Assembly (NCBI GenBank): GCA_963665615.2
Contig: CAXXQE010000008.1
Coordinates: forward strand, 868,001 to 932,000
Reading direction: 5' to 3'
DNA from: Syntrophales bacterium
GTDB lineage: Bacteria > Desulfobacterota > Syntrophia > Syntrophales > UBA4778
DNA: 64,000 nt
The translations under genes were made by a program, and so were the position numbers. This document shows, piece after piece, positions 42,249-54,740 of this stretch; the stretch's first letter is position 1; each line of letters opens with the position of its first letter. The notes below the pieces were generated by a model. That model was not told the DNA's origin. It did not search any database and saw only the letters and a program-made list of their open reading frames with translations.

Positions 42249-42369
42249 TATGTTTCGCATCGCGAAGCAAGGTGCTAACGGGGAGCGGCTTTCTGCTCGA
42301 CGGTTGGGAGTTGAACCGCTTCTCGTTATCTGATATAGGTGACCAATCCAACGCTAGGGAGGGGATTAG

Positions 42370-42771
42370 ATGTTGTCAAGGACATGCGCTGTTTTACTTT
42401 TTTTCGTCGCTGCGATCTCTCTGTCGGGCTGCGCTTTGCTCGTGGGCGGCGCTGCCGTGGGAGCCGGGGCGGCGGGCAGCTATGCCTATGTCAATGGGGA
42501 GATGATAACGGATTACCCCGTTTCCCTGAATGACGCCTGGAGCGCCGTTGAAAAAACGATTGCCGAAATGCGCGGAACGGAGATTGAACGCAACCGGGAA
42601 CTTGCCAAGGGCACCATCAAGACGGCGATCAATCAGGATACGGTGACGTTCAACGTTCAGTACAAGGGGCCCAATGCCACGACGGTGGGCGTCCGTATCG
42701 GGCTTATCGGGGATAAGCTGGGCTCGCAACTGCTGCACGACAAGATCGCCGCCTACCTGGCTAAACGATAG
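42370..42771 (+). CDS. DUF3568 family lipoprotein
   Basis: Lipobox LSGC, Gly/Ala-rich GGAAVGAGAAG, AYVNGE, VGVRIGLIGD. Confidence 0.8.
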   Translation: MLSRTCAVLLFFVAAISLSGCALLVGGAAVGAGAAGSYAYVNGEMITDYPVSLNDAWSAVEKTIAEMRGTEIERNRELAKGTIKTAINQDTVTFNVQYKGPNATTVGVRIGLIGDKLGSQLLHDKIAAYLAKR

Positions 42772-42789
42772 CGACGACCGTCACGGGTC

Positions 42790-43773
42790 ATGAAAAAAAA
42801 TCTTATCCTGGGCGTTGCGATCAGCACGCTTTTTCTGTACTTCTCGGTGCGTGACATTGACTGGTCTGCCGTTGCGAAGGGGTTCAGTCTTATTCGTTAC
42901 GGTTGGCTGATGTTGTCCGTTGTCGCGCTGGTCCTGCTTCAAGTCGGGCGGTCCTATCGATGGGGGGTGCTCCTCGAACCTATCCAGAAGGTGGACCAGC
43001 ACACGCTCTTCTCTGTCACCAATGTTGGTTGTCTGGCACTGGTGGCCCTTCCCGCCAGGATCGGGGAACTGGCCCGTCCTTATCTCATTCGTAAAAAGAC
43101 GGGTATGAGAATGACCGCCGCCTTGGGGACCGTTTTCGTCGAGCGGGTTCTTGACGGATTAACGGTATTATCCTTCCTGTTTATGGCCCTTTTTTTTATG
43201 TCGCTGCCGGCCTGGCTGTTGGAGGCGGCCGCGGCCTTCCTGCTCTTTACCCTCGTCACGTTGGTTTGCCTGCTGCTGTTGATCTTTCGTCGAGAGGTGT
43301 CGCTCAGGGTCTTTGCATCGGTAACCCGTATTCTGCCGGAGCGGTGGGACCGACGGCTCAATGAGCTGATCCATCACTTCATCGACGGCATTGAAATGAT
43401 AACCGACATCAAGCTCGTTGCTTATGCCACGTTTCTGTCGCTGCTGATCTGGCTTCTCGATATCGCCGCGATTTATTCACTGTTTCTGGCCTTCGGCATG
43501 CCCCTTTCCATTATGGCCGCTATTATCGTTATGGTGGTTTTGGTCATCGGCATTACGATCCCGACGGCGCCAGGCTACGTCGGCAACTGGCACTTCTTCT
43601 GCAGACTGGGGTTGATCATTTTCGGCGTAACCGGAGCGAACGCTTTGGCGTACGCCATCATGTTGCACTTCATCAGCGTTGGTGTTATCGTCATTCTCGG
43701 CTTGATCTATCTGCCCTCCAACCGCTTTCATTTGTCTGATCTGTCGCGTGGAGCTGTCTCTGAAAAGCTTTGA
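42790..43773 (+). CDS. Lysylphosphatidylglycerol synthase TM-domain (UPF0104) flippase-like protein
   Basis: RSYRWGVLL, LPARIGELARP, TVFVERVLD, PTAPGYVG. Confidence 0.88.
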   Translation: MKKNLILGVAISTLFLYFSVRDIDWSAVAKGFSLIRYGWLMLSVVALVLLQVGRSYRWGVLLEPIQKVDQHTLFSVTNVGCLALVALPARIGELARPYLIRKKTGMRMTAALGTVFVERVLDGLTVLSFLFMALFFMSLPAWLLEAAAAFLLFTLVTLVCLLLLIFRREVSLRVFASVTRILPERWDRRLNELIHHFIDGIEMITDIKLVAYATFLSLLIWLLDIAAIYSLFLAFGMPLSIMAAIIVMVVLVIGITIPTAPGYVGNWHFFCRLGLIIFGVTGANALAYAIMLHFISVGVIVILGLIYLPSNRFHLSDLSRGAVSEKL

Positions 43774-43783
43774 AAGAACTTGC

Positions 43784-43835
43784 TTGACGCCTTTTCTTTG
43801 TTAGGATATTTTAAAAAATAAGAAAAATTACTATT
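43784..43835 (+). promoter_or_regulatory. Putative sigma-70 promoter with PerR/Fur-type operator
   Basis: TTGACG-N17-TATTTT (43784-43812), then the 19-bp imperfect palindrome AATAAGAAAAATTACTATT (43817-43835). Confidence 0.55.
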
Positions 43836-43851
43836 AAGAGGGTTGGTTCTC

Positions 43852-44289
43852 ATGGAAGGCGAGAGAATCGATAAAAAGGTCGACTTTTTTGCAGCGGCCT
43901 GCCGTAAGGCAGGGCTCAAGGTGACGCACCAGCGTCTGGAGATTTATCGGGAGCTCGCGGCAGCCATCGATCATCCATCCGCCGAGATGCTTCACAAGCG
44001 TCTTGTAGCCAGAATGCCGACCCTGTCGCTGGACACTGTTTATCGGACATTGGCGATGCTTCATGACCACGGGTTGGTGAGAAAAGTCGAAACGGCGGAA
44101 AGTCAGGCTCGTTTTGAGGTCGTCTTTATAAAACACCACCACGTTATCTGCCGGCGGTGTCACGAAATCATCGACTTTCAGTGGGACCAGCTCGATGATG
44201 CGCCACTTCCAAAAGTATTGGCATCGTGGGGATGGATCGAAAGCCGTAACATTGTGGTTTATGGTGTTTGCAAAAAATGCCGGAAATAA
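43852..44289 (+). CDS. perR: Fur family regulator, PerR-like
   Basis: GLKVTHQRLEI, DHPSAE, SLDTVYRTL, HHHVICRRC, C-terminal CKKC; upstream of katG and rbr. Confidence 0.85.
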   Translation: MEGERIDKKVDFFAAACRKAGLKVTHQRLEIYRELAAAIDHPSAEMLHKRLVARMPTLSLDTVYRTLAMLHDHGLVRKVETAESQARFEVVFIKHHHVICRRCHEIIDFQWDQLDDAPLPKVLASWGWIESRNIVVYGVCKKCRK

Positions 44290-44302
44290 ACAGGTGCGAA
44301 TT

Positions 44303-44381
44303 GAATCCGGCAGCGAGCAAATCATGTTTAAACATCTTCCTTAAGGACTGGAGATTCGCCGGAGCTTGCTTCGGTGAGCCT
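44303..44381 (+). repeat. Second repeat family, copy 2 (first hairpin missing)
   Basis: GAATCCGGCAGCGAGCAAATCATGTTTAAACATCTTCCTTAAGGACTGGAGATTCGCCGGAGCTTGCTTCGGTGAG matches 48867-48976. Confidence 0.75.
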
Positions 44382-44461
44382 TTAACCACGAACTTGCCGG
44401 AGATTGCCGTTAGGTCTTTGAGGTGGGTCCGTCAGCCTTCAATATAAGAGGGCGTAACTGA

Positions 44462-46651
<2,190 letters not shown>

Positions 46652-46712
46652 TCGTCGAACAGAGGTTGATTTATTTATACTAAGTCATTCAGCGCGAAAG
46701 GAGAAAAAGTAA

Positions 46713-47291
46713 ATGCCAAAAAGCATCAAAGGTACAAAAACAGAGCAGAATCTTCTTAAGGCCTTTGCCGGGGAATCACAGGCAAGAAACCGCTATACCT
46801 ATTTTGCGGGGCAGGCCAAGAAGGAAGGCTACGAGCAGATCGCCGCATTTTTCCTGGAGACGGCGGACAATGAAAAGGAGCACGCAAAGGTCTTTTTCAA
46901 ATATCTGGAGGGCGGTGATGTCGAGATCCTCGCGACCTACCCCGCCGGCGTCATCGCCGATACACTGGCCAATCTGGAGGAGGCGGCCGCCGGTGAAAAC
47001 ATGGAGTGGACGACGATTTATGCGGACTTCGCGAAGATCGCGCGCGACGAGGGATTCCCCGAGATCGCCAAGTCTTTCGAGGAAATCGCCAAGGTCGAAA
47101 AATTCCACGAGTCCCGCTACCGCAAACTGGCCAACAATGTGGCAAGAGAAACCGCCTTCAAGAAGGCCGAACCGGTTCAGTGGCACTGTCGCAACTGCGG
47201 TTATGTCCATGAAGGACCCGAAGCTCCCGATGTCTGTCCGGCCTGCAACCACCCGAAGGCTTACTACGAATTGCTCGCCGAGAGCTACTGA
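46713..47291 (+). CDS. rbr: Rubrerythrin
   Basis: [12 protein letters not shown], ExxH diiron motifs (NEKEHA, VEKFHE), C-terminal CRNCGY..CPAC. Confidence 0.96.
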   Translation: MPKSIKGTKTEQNLLKAFAGESQARNRYTYFAGQAKKEGYEQIAAFFLETADNEKEHAKVFFKYLEGGDVEILATYPAGVIADTLANLEEAAAGENMEWTTIYADFAKIARDEGFPEIAKSFEEIAKVEKFHESRYRKLANNVARETAFKKAEPVQWHCRNCGYVHEGPEAPDVCPACNHPKAYYELLAESY

Positions 47292-47330
47292 GCCTTGAGT
47301 CAGAAGTCGCTCGAGTTCACCCGAAGCCAT

Positions 47331-47373
47331 AAAAAAAGGCCGCGTCTGTATGTGTAGGCAGCAGACGCGGCTT
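47331..47373. terminator. Terminator between convergent rbr and ntrX-like genes
   Basis: A7 tract followed by a GCCGCGTCTG..CAGACGCGGC stem. Confidence 0.7.
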
Positions 47374-47485
47374 GATGTTTTAAATATGTTCGAATCAATT
47401 ATTCAGGATAAAAAACGGTCCCGCCTGCATCTCTCTGCGTTGATCTATTTGCTGGAGCGATTATGAGGCCAAACCGGAAACGACA

Positions 47486-48853
47486 CTATTCCTTTTTTGT
47501 CTCGATGCCGTAACTTTTGATCTTGCGGTGCAGATTGCTGCGTTCGATGCCGATGGCGTCTGCCGTGCGGGAGATATTCCCGTCGTTTTCCTGAAGTTTC
47601 TGCAGGATGAAGTTCTTCTCCCACTCCACCTTGGCGGCTTTCAGGGATTCGACGGAGGCATCGCTTCGGTCGAATTCGGATCTGATAGTGGTTTTGATGA
47701 AAGGCGGGATATCCTCCGGTCTGATCTGATCGGCTGCGGTCATGATGACGAGGCGTTCGATGGTGTTTTTGAGCTCTCGGACGTTGCCCGGCCAGTTGTG
47801 TTCGATCAGCAGGGCGAGCGCATCGGGATGGATCGTCTTTAAGTCCTTGCCTTCCTTGCGACAGAACTCATCAATAAATCGATCGACCAGCAGGGGGATA
47901 TCCTCTTTGCGGTCCCGCAAGGGCGGGATCACGAGCGGAATAACGTTGAGCCGGTAAAAAAGGTCCTGCCGAAAGCGGCCCTCTTCCATTTCGACTTCCA
48001 GATTTTTGTTGGTGGCCGCCAGGACGCGAACGTCGGTTTCAATGAGACGCGAGCCGCCAACGCGTTCGTATTTCTTTTCCTGTAGGATGCGCAGGATTTT
48101 GGCCTGGGCGCGCAGGCTCATGTCGGCCACTTCATCGAGAAAGATCGTCCCCTCATTGGCCAGGTCGAACTTCCCTCGTTTGGCGGTTGTGGCCCCAGTG
48201 AAGGCGCCTCGCTCGTGACCGAAAAGCTCGCTTTCGATCAGCTCTTCCGGAATGGCGGCGCAATTGACTTCGACAAAGGGTTTTTTTGCGCGTTTGCTCT
48301 GACGGTGAAGGGCGCGGGCGACGAGTTCCTTACCCGTTCCGTTTTCTCCCATGATCAGGATCCAGGCGTTTGTCGGCGCAATGATCGAGATCATTTCCTT
48401 GAGGTCGATGATAAACGGGCTCTCTCCCGTCAATTCGTAATCCTGGGTAAACTTTTGTTTGAGTTGCTTGTTTTCCTCCTCCAACCGTGCGAACTCCAGG
48501 GCGTGGTTGACCAGCAGGACGACCTTGTCCAGAGACAGGGGCTTCTCAATGAAGTCGAAGGCGCCGAGTTTGGTTGCCTTGACGGCTGTCTCGATCGTGC
48601 CGTGACCGGACATCATGATAACAGGGATCTGAGGATTTTCGGCCTTAATGATGTTCAATGCCTCGATGCCGTCCATGCCAGGCAGCCAGATATCCAACAG
48701 AACCAGATCCGGCAACTCATCCTCAATGATCCGGATAGCATTTTCTGCGCTGGTGGTTGTCAAGACGCGAAAGCCTTCATCGGAGAGGATGCCGCTCAGG
48801 CTCTGGCAGATACTCTCTTCATCGTCCACAACGAGGATCGTTTTCAATACCAT
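47486..48853 (-). CDS. ntrX: Sigma-54-dependent response regulator, NtrX-like (REC-AAA-HTH)
   Basis: LDIWLPGMDG, MSGHGTIETAV, GENGTGKE, intact GAFTGA, WPGNVREL, ERSNLHRK. Confidence 0.88.
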   Translation of the reverse strand: MVLKTILVVDDEESICQSLSGILSDEGFRVLTTTSAENAIRIIEDELPDLVLLDIWLPGMDGIEALNIIKAENPQIPVIMMSGHGTIETAVKATKLGAFDFIEKPLSLDKVVLLVNHALEFARLEEENKQLKQKFTQDYELTGESPFIIDLKEMISIIAPTNAWILIMGENGTGKELVARALHRQSKRAKKPFVEVNCAAIPEELIESELFGHERGAFTGATTAKRGKFDLANEGTIFLDEVADMSLRAQAKILRILQEKKYERVGGSRLIETDVRVLAATNKNLEVEMEEGRFRQDLFYRLNVIPLVIPPLRDRKEDIPLLVDRFIDEFCRKEGKDLKTIHPDALALLIEHNWPGNVRELKNTIERLVIMTAADQIRPEDIPPFIKTTIRSEFDRSDASVESLKAAKVEWEKNFILQKLQENDGNISRTADAIGIERSNLHRKIKSYGIETKKE

Positions 48854-48866
48854 CTATCTGCTCCAT

Positions 48867-48984
48867 GAATCCGATAGCGCTCGCATTCCTCTCAGCTTGC
48901 TGCGGGGCAAGCGAGCGCATCATAATAAAACATCTTCCTCAGGAATCGGAGATTCGCCGGAGCTTGCTCCGGTGAGTCTCCGAT
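48867..48984 (+). repeat. Second repeat family, copy 3 (longest, two hairpins), filling the ntrY-ntrX spacer
   Basis: Degenerate hairpin CTCAGCTTGCTGCGGGG, linker, then hairpin ATCGGAGATTCGCCGGAGC-TT-GCTCCGGTGAGTCTCCGAT. Confidence 0.78.
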
Positions 48985-48989
48985 CTCCG

Positions 48990-51203
48990 TCAAACCGGCA
49001 ACTCAAAGGAGATGATCGTGCCCTGTGGCGTATTGTCCCTGAGCGCGATCGTGCCGTGATGATCGGAAATAATTGAATCAACGATCGCGAGTCCCAACCC
49101 CGTCCCCGTTTTCTTCGTCGAGTAATAAGGCTCAAAGATGCGCGACTTGTCTTTGTTCGGAATACCCGTGCCGTTGTCCGTGACTTCGACACGCGCAACC
49201 CGTTTGATCCTGTCATAAAAAGTAACGATATTGATTTGTCCTTCCTGTTTGGGTACCACTGCAACGGCATTGTCGAGCAGGTTCATCATGACCCGCTTGA
49301 TCTGCCCCGGATCCAAATTGACCGGGGGTATGTCTTCTGCCCTGTTGAAAGTGAAGGCAATGTCCTTGTGGGCATCCTGAAATAAAGAAAAGGTGCCGGA
49401 TATAACCTCGTTCAGATTATTGGGCGTCAATTGTGTGACGGGCAGTCTTGCAAAAAGCGAAAACTCATTGACCAGGTTTTTAAGTACATCTACCTGATCT
49501 ATAATGGTTTTTGTGCATTCGTTAAAGACCGCGCTATCGTCCCCCAATCGATCTGCATAACGTTTCTGCAATCTTTGGGCCGAAAGCTGCACCGGCGTGA
49601 GAGGGTTTTTGATTTCGTGCGCGATTCTCCGGGCGACCTCGCGCCAGGCTGCCATGCGTTCGGCCCGCTGCATGGCTGTCAGGTCTTCAAAAACGACCAC
49701 CAGGCCCATGTAACGTCCGTCGTCATCTCGCAAGACGGTCGTCGTCATCCAGACGGTTAAGATGTTGTTGCCGATGCTCAACTGCAATTGTTTTTCAATC
49801 AGTCCGCTTTTGTCGTCTTCGAGTTCCTTCAGAAGGTCGTCGAGCAGGGCCATGTATTCCGGCCTGAGGACTTCGTGGAAACTCTTGTTCAAGACTTTCT
49901 CTGTCTTGATCCCCAGCATCTTCTCGGAAGCGCGGTTGATCGTCGTGATAATGCCGTTGCTGTCGATGGAGATGACGCCCGCGGAGACATTGCGCAAGAC
50001 GGTTTCCATGTACTGTCGGCGTTGTTCGAGGTTCAGCGTGGCCTGCTCGATTTTGGTGCGGCTGATCTTCAGATCCCGCGTCATCTGATTAAACGAATTG
50101 ACGAGGACACCGATTTCATCGTCCGAAACGATATCGATTTGATGGTCCATGTCTCCCTGGGCAATCTTACGGGTTCCCTCCGCGAGATCTTGAATCGGAA
50201 CGGTGATTCCCTTGGCGAGAAAAAGACCAAACCATGTTGCGGAAAAGACAATCAGCAGGGTGATAATGAAGAGCGTCAGGATGTAACTGAGTTTAATCGG
50301 GTTCTTGAGCAGTCTGAACTGCTTGTAATCTTCGGCCGTTTTAGAGATCACGCTGATCTTGTCCGCCAGGGCCTTGGGAATGAAGTGATAAGCCGCCACA
50401 ATCCCAACGATTTCGTCGGGACTGCTCTGCGAGTGAATCGGTGTCAAGCCGCAGATGAGGTCCCCGCGTTCAAGCGCCTGAGTCGTTGTAACGTCTTTGC
50501 CGGAAAAAACATCCTCCAAAGTTTCTGGATTGAGTTTATTGGGGCGCAGGTCTGGCGTGTCCTGGTCGGTAAAGAGGAGTTTATCATCGTGGGTGTCAAA
50601 GTAGACCTCTACGATGCCCAGCTTCAGGTCCTTCTGCCTCTGCTGGATGAAGGTTTCGAGATATGTGCGTCGATCCTGTTCATAGAGACGATTGGTCGTG
50701 ATGACACCGCTCAACTGTCGGGCATGGTATCCGGCATCTTCAGCGGATTGATCATAGTAGGTCTTGGCAATTTCCAGCGACGAATTAAGCGCGCCGCTGA
50801 CTTGAAGGTTGAACCAGTTGTCAACGCTGTAAGAGAGGAGATTGAGGGCAACGAAAAAGAGGACGATGGTCGGGATCAGGGACAGGCTGACAAACGCTGC
50901 AACCAGCTTGGTTCTGAGTTTCGATCCTAGGATGCCGTGCCGCCGCTCATAGACGAGCTTGACGATGTTACGGATGATGAGAAAAATGAGAAGGATGACA
51001 AGGATGACGTTGATATTGATCAGGCCGAAAAAGAGAATATTGTTGGGGATGGGAATAAAGGCCTCTATACTGGAGAGGTGTGTCTCAAAATAGGACAATA
51101 GAACGATACTCAAGATGGTAAAGATGATAATCCGTCTTTCGCGTCGTCGTCGCCGCCTCTCTTTTTCTTCCCGATCTAACGGTCTTGTTTCAGAATTTGT
51201 CAT
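48990..51203 (-). CDS. ntrY: Sensor histidine kinase, NtrY-like (TM-HAMP-PAS-HisKA-HATPase)
   Basis: GSKLRTKLV, HAMP, PAS, AAWREVARRIAHEIKNPLTP, NLLDNA, GTGLGLAIV. Confidence 0.9.
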   Translation of the reverse strand: MTNSETRPLDREEKERRRRRRERRIIIFTILSIVLLSYFETHLSSIEAFIPIPNNILFFGLININVILVILLIFLIIRNIVKLVYERRHGILGSKLRTKLVAAFVSLSLIPTIVLFFVALNLLSYSVDNWFNLQVSGALNSSLEIAKTYYDQSAEDAGYHARQLSGVITTNRLYEQDRRTYLETFIQQRQKDLKLGIVEVYFDTHDDKLLFTDQDTPDLRPNKLNPETLEDVFSGKDVTTTQALERGDLICGLTPIHSQSSPDEIVGIVAAYHFIPKALADKISVISKTAEDYKQFRLLKNPIKLSYILTLFIITLLIVFSATWFGLFLAKGITVPIQDLAEGTRKIAQGDMDHQIDIVSDDEIGVLVNSFNQMTRDLKISRTKIEQATLNLEQRRQYMETVLRNVSAGVISIDSNGIITTINRASEKMLGIKTEKVLNKSFHEVLRPEYMALLDDLLKELEDDKSGLIEKQLQLSIGNNILTVWMTTTVLRDDDGRYMGLVVVFEDLTAMQRAERMAAWREVARRIAHEIKNPLTPVQLSAQRLQKRYADRLGDDSAVFNECTKTIIDQVDVLKNLVNEFSLFARLPVTQLTPNNLNEVISGTFSLFQDAHKDIAFTFNRAEDIPPVNLDPGQIKRVMMNLLDNAVAVVPKQEGQINIVTFYDRIKRVARVEVTDNGTGIPNKDKSRIFEPYYSTKKTGTGLGLAIVDSIISDHHGTIALRDNTPQGTIISFELPV

Positions 51204-51787
51204 GGTTTCGATGACTTGTAGATGAATTCTTGTCCGCTCCAGTCCGTTTCAAAATCCCAAGAGGAGGTGAAAAAGAGCATATAGCCCATCGTCTTTGACA
51301 TTTTGGCCTTGGCCAGTTTGGCCTTGGCCTTGACCAGGTAGCGATGGTTTATCGCCAGAGCGGTTAAGGGGGCGATCGGAACGCCGCTCAAATCAACCAT
51401 TGCGCGCTTGGCGCTCTCCAGATCCCGAAACTCAACAGGGACATCACCCTGTTCCGAGTAAGTTACGTAGAAGGTATTCCGAATGTTGTCGTATTTGAGG
51501 ATATGCTTGATCTCCAGTGACGACACTGTGGTATCCCAGAGGATTCCGGGTTCCACCATTTTAATCAAGAAGGTGAAAGAGGTTGGGATGCCGGCCAGTA
51601 TGGCCTCGTCTGTTTTTGGGGAATAGCAGTCCTTGACAGTGAAATAGACCAGAATATCTCGCGGGTTGCTCGTTACAAAAAAATCGGTGATTCTGGCATC
51701 CAGAGATGACGAGGCTCCCGGATAGAGTAATACAGCCAGAAGCCCGATGGCAATCAGGCACGATGAGAATTTAAGAATTTTTTTCAT
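51200..51787 (-). CDS. DUF4390 domain periplasmic protein
   Basis: Signal peptide, AILAGIPTSFTF, LKYDNI, WDFETDW; overlaps the ntrY start, the usual position for this family. Confidence 0.82.
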   Translation of the reverse strand: MKKILKFSSCLIAIGLLAVLLYPGASSSLDARITDFFVTSNPRDILVYFTVKDCYSPKTDEAILAGIPTSFTFLIKMVEPGILWDTTVSSLEIKHILKYDNIRNTFYVTYSEQGDVPVEFRDLESAKRAMVDLSGVPIAPLTALAINHRYLVKAKAKLAKAKMSKTMGYMLFFTSSWDFETDWSGQEFIYKSSKP

Positions 51788-51899
51788 TGATCGATGGGTT
51801 CAGCCCAGGGGAAGATACCCCACGCCGTTACGGGGGTGCTTGGTGGTATACTAAGAAAATCAAGAGAATACAAGACCATTTTACAGAAAGACCGGAGTC

Positions 51900-52781
51900 T
51901 TACACGGCGGCCACGCGCTTTTCTCCCGAGAAACTGATGATCTCGTATTGATCGGAATCGGCAATCAACTCCCGCAAAAGAAGGTTGTTCAGTCGGTGCC
52001 CAGATTTATAGCCGATGAAGTGTCCAAGGATCGGAAGCCCGACGAGAAAGAGATCGCCGATCGCGTCGAGAATCTTGTGTTTAACCGGTTCGTCGGGGAA
52101 ACGCAGCCCCTCTTTGTTGATGATCTTCTGATCGTCCATGACAACGGCGTTCTGAAGAGAGCCGCCAAGGGCAAGTCCTTTGGCTTGAAGGTATTCAACG
52201 TCTCTCAGGAAGCCAAACGTTCTGGCGGCACAGATCTGTTTTTCGTAAAGGTCATAAGTAAAGGTCATGTCGTAGATCTGTTTACCAATGAGGGGGTGAT
52301 CGTAATCGATCGTATAGGTAATCCTGAAATCATCCGCCGGGACCAGCATGGCCTTTTCGTTTTGGGCCGAAACCGATACTTCTCGCTTAACGGCCAGAAA
52401 GCGCCGTTCCTTGCCTTGCACCTTAATGCCGGCCTGTTTAATCATTGCGACGAAAGGTAAGGCGCTGCCGTCCATAATTGGGACTTCCTCTCCGTCAATT
52501 TCAATGATGGTGTTGTCGATCCCCATGCCCCGAAACGCCGAAATGAGGTGTTCAATTGTGGAGACCTTCGTGCCGTTTGTTCCCAACGTCGTTGCCAGAA
52601 TGGTTTCGGAAACATTTGAAAATTCCGCCTTTATTGTCTTATAGCCCGACAGGTCGGTTCGTACGAAGACAATGCCCGTATCGACGCTAGCCGGTTTGAG
52701 CACCATGTTCATCTTTCTGCCGGAATGAAGACCGACGCCTTTGCAGGCGATTTCACTATTTAATGTTCTCTGAAAGTACAT
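51900..52781 (-). CDS. lpxC: UDP-3-O-acyl-N-acetylglucosamine deacetylase
   Basis: QRTL, GVGLHSG, STIEHLISA, EVPIMDGSA, ARTFGF, LALGGSLQNA, HKILDAIGDL, KSGHRLN. Confidence 0.97.
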   Translation of the reverse strand: MYFQRTLNSEIACKGVGLHSGRKMNMVLKPASVDTGIVFVRTDLSGYKTIKAEFSNVSETILATTLGTNGTKVSTIEHLISAFRGMGIDNTIIEIDGEEVPIMDGSALPFVAMIKQAGIKVQGKERRFLAVKREVSVSAQNEKAMLVPADDFRITYTIDYDHPLIGKQIYDMTFTYDLYEKQICAARTFGFLRDVEYLQAKGLALGGSLQNAVVMDDQKIINKEGLRFPDEPVKHKILDAIGDLFLVGLPILGHFIGYKSGHRLNNLLLRELIADSDQYEIISFSGEKRVAAV

Positions 52782-52861
52782 TGCGACCCCTGTAAAAGAT
52801 TTGTCTTCCTGCCTCTGGGCCTTCTGAAACAGCCATCAGCAAAAATTTCACATCTGTCTAT

Positions 52862-52999
52862 AGCAAGATGTATGCCCGTTAATGAATTTAATCTGTTACA
52901 TGTAACTGCTTGTTATCTATAGATGTATTTTTTATTTGAAACCTTTGCCATGCTGATAAATGGTGCCTATCCTGTTGCAATGTTGCAAAACTGCAACAT
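52862..52999 (-). promoter_or_regulatory. Putative sigma-54 promoter of lpxC with IHF-like site and upstream activator palindrome
   Basis: Minus strand GGGCATACATCTTGCT (GG-N10-GC, 52877-52862); TAACAAGCAGTTA (52915-52903); ATGTTGCA-AAAC-TGCAACAT (52980-52999). Confidence 0.7.
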
Positions 53000-53180
53000 A
53001 TTGAGCAGGGGGGAATGTAGCATTTGCCATATGGCAGGCCGTTAAAAAGGTTCAGAGGCGTCGCGTTTACCCCGATCGTTGTCGGGAGGAATTGAGCAGC
53101 GGAACCAACTTTTGCGTACGTGAGCATGCGCCCGTCCCCATACCGTTACGGAGAGATTCGCAGCGCAATGCAGTTTTTTA

Positions 53181-53717
53181 TCAGCCTGCCCGCATGTATC
53201 GCTCTTTCTCGCTATAAATACAGCCGCAGTAAGGCTGACGATAGAGTCCCATGTCCCTGGACAGGTTAACGCCCTCCTGCCAGCCGACGCGGAAGTCCTC
53301 GTAGTGGAAAGGCACGCCGAAAGTTGCGGCCATACGCTCCGCCGTTTCGCGGACCAAATCGTGGCTCTGATATTTGCTGTAGAGAAGCGTCGTTGAGAAA
53401 GCATCGAAACCGCGATCGCGGGCATATTGGGCTGTGTAGCGAAGTCGCTGCTCGTAGCAAAAGCGGCACCGCTCTTTCCCCTCACTAAATGCAACCCCCC
53501 TGAGAAACGCCTCCATGTCATAGGTCTCCGAGAAAACAGAGGCCATGCCAACTTGCGAGACGTACTGTCGAAGGGTCTCCCTTCGCTTTTCGTACTCCCG
53601 CCACGGATGAATGTTCGGATTGTAGAAGAGGCCTGTCAGGCGGATATCCCGCCCGCTCAAGACCCTATAAGGGTAAATCAGGCAGGGCCCGCAGCAGACG
53701 TGAAGCAGCAGATTCAT
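53181..53717 (-). CDS. queH: Epoxyqueuosine reductase QueH (DUF208)
   Basis: LLHVCCGPC, FYNPNIHP..EY..R, RCRFCY..RL, FSTTLL, YRQPYCGCIYS. Confidence 0.93.
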   Translation of the reverse strand: MNLLLHVCCGPCLIYPYRVLSGRDIRLTGLFYNPNIHPWREYEKRRETLRQYVSQVGMASVFSETYDMEAFLRGVAFSEGKERCRFCYEQRLRYTAQYARDRGFDAFSTTLLYSKYQSHDLVRETAERMAATFGVPFHYEDFRVGWQEGVNLSRDMGLYRQPYCGCIYSEKERYMRAG

Positions 53718-53722
53718 GATGA

Positions 53723-54739
53723 CTAAAACAACTCCTTCTGTCCTGTTGGCATGGCGCGGCCGAAATGCTCGTAGGCCGCTCTCGTTGCGATCCGGCCTCT
53801 GGCCGTACGATGGAGATAACCCTCCTGGATCAAATAGGGTTCGTAGACATCCTCGACGGTGCTTTTTTCCTCCCCGATGGCCAGGGAGAGGCTTTCGATG
53901 CCGACGGGGCCGCCGTCAAACTTGTCAATCAGGGTCAGAAGGATCTTCCTGTCCATCAGATCGAATCCCTTGTGATCCACTTCGAGCATCTCCAGAGACT
54001 GAAGGGCGATGGACCGATCGACGCGGCCGTTTCCCCGTACCTGCGAGAAGTCCCGAACCCGTTTCAGGAGGCGGTTGGCGATACGCGGGGTGCCCCGGGA
54101 ACGTCTGGCAATTTCCATGGCGCCTGCCTCGTCGATCTCGATTGACAGAATTCCGGCGGAGCGCCGGATAATCGTGCTCAGGTCTTTCGGAGAGTAGTAC
54201 TCCAGTCGGAAGCTCATACCGAAACGATCGCGCAGGGGCGATGTCAGAAGCCCTGCGCGCGTGGTGGCTCCCACCAGGGTGAAGCGCGGGATATTGAGTT
54301 TCATCGTCCTGGCCGAGGGACCTTGGCCGATCAGGATATCGATATGGTAGTCCTCCATCGCCGGATAGAGGACCTCCTCGATCACATTGGAAAGCCGGTG
54401 GATCTCGTCGATGAACAGGATATCGTGTTCGTGAAGATTGGTCAGGATCGCCGCCAGGTCGCCCGGTCGTTCAATGACGGGACCGGACGTGACCTTGATG
54501 TCCACCGCCATTTCGTGGGCCATGATATTGGCAAGTGTCGTCTTTCCGAGACCGGGCGGGCCATAGAGCAGAACGTGATCGAGGGCCTCACCCCGCTTTT
54601 GGGCGGCTTCCATGAAGATGGCGAGGTTTTCCTTGATCTTGGCCTGTCCTATATATTCCGTCAACCGTCCGGGGCGGATAGACAGCTCGTAACTGTCCTC
54701 GTCTTCCAGGATGTTCGAATCGATAGTCGGTTCGCGCAT
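53723..54739 (-). CDS. ruvB: Holliday junction branch migration helicase
   Basis: [45 protein letters not shown]. Confidence 0.97.
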   Translation of the reverse strand: MREPTIDSNILEDEDSYELSIRPGRLTEYIGQAKIKENLAIFMEAAQKRGEALDHVLLYGPPGLGKTTLANIMAHEMAVDIKVTSGPVIERPGDLAAILTNLHEHDILFIDEIHRLSNVIEEVLYPAMEDYHIDILIGQGPSARTMKLNIPRFTLVGATTRAGLLTSPLRDRFGMSFRLEYYSPKDLSTIIRRSAGILSIEIDEAGAMEIARRSRGTPRIANRLLKRVRDFSQVRGNGRVDRSIALQSLEMLEVDHKGFDLMDRKILLTLIDKFDGGPVGIESLSLAIGEEKSTVEDVYEPYLIQEGYLHRTARGRIATRAAYEHFGRAMPTGQKELF

Positions 54740-54740
54740 G

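Noticed and set aside
40851..42260. 469-aa antisense ORF, and similar ones at 34686-35726, 36411-37499, 49788-50930, 13261-14286 and 25792-26736
   Set aside because: These are shadow frames opposite well-supported genes in GC-rich DNA, with no recognisable motifs.
48920..49270. Small ORFs spanning intergenic repeats, and N-terminal extensions in the ORF track (purF from 38098, carB from 34758, yfiR from 1546, MFS from 3490)
   Set aside because: They translate repeat or intergenic DNA; better-supported downstream starts exist.
53040..53180. Possible ncRNA between queH and the lpxC promoter
   Set aside because: No convincing stem structure or known RNA motif was recognisable.
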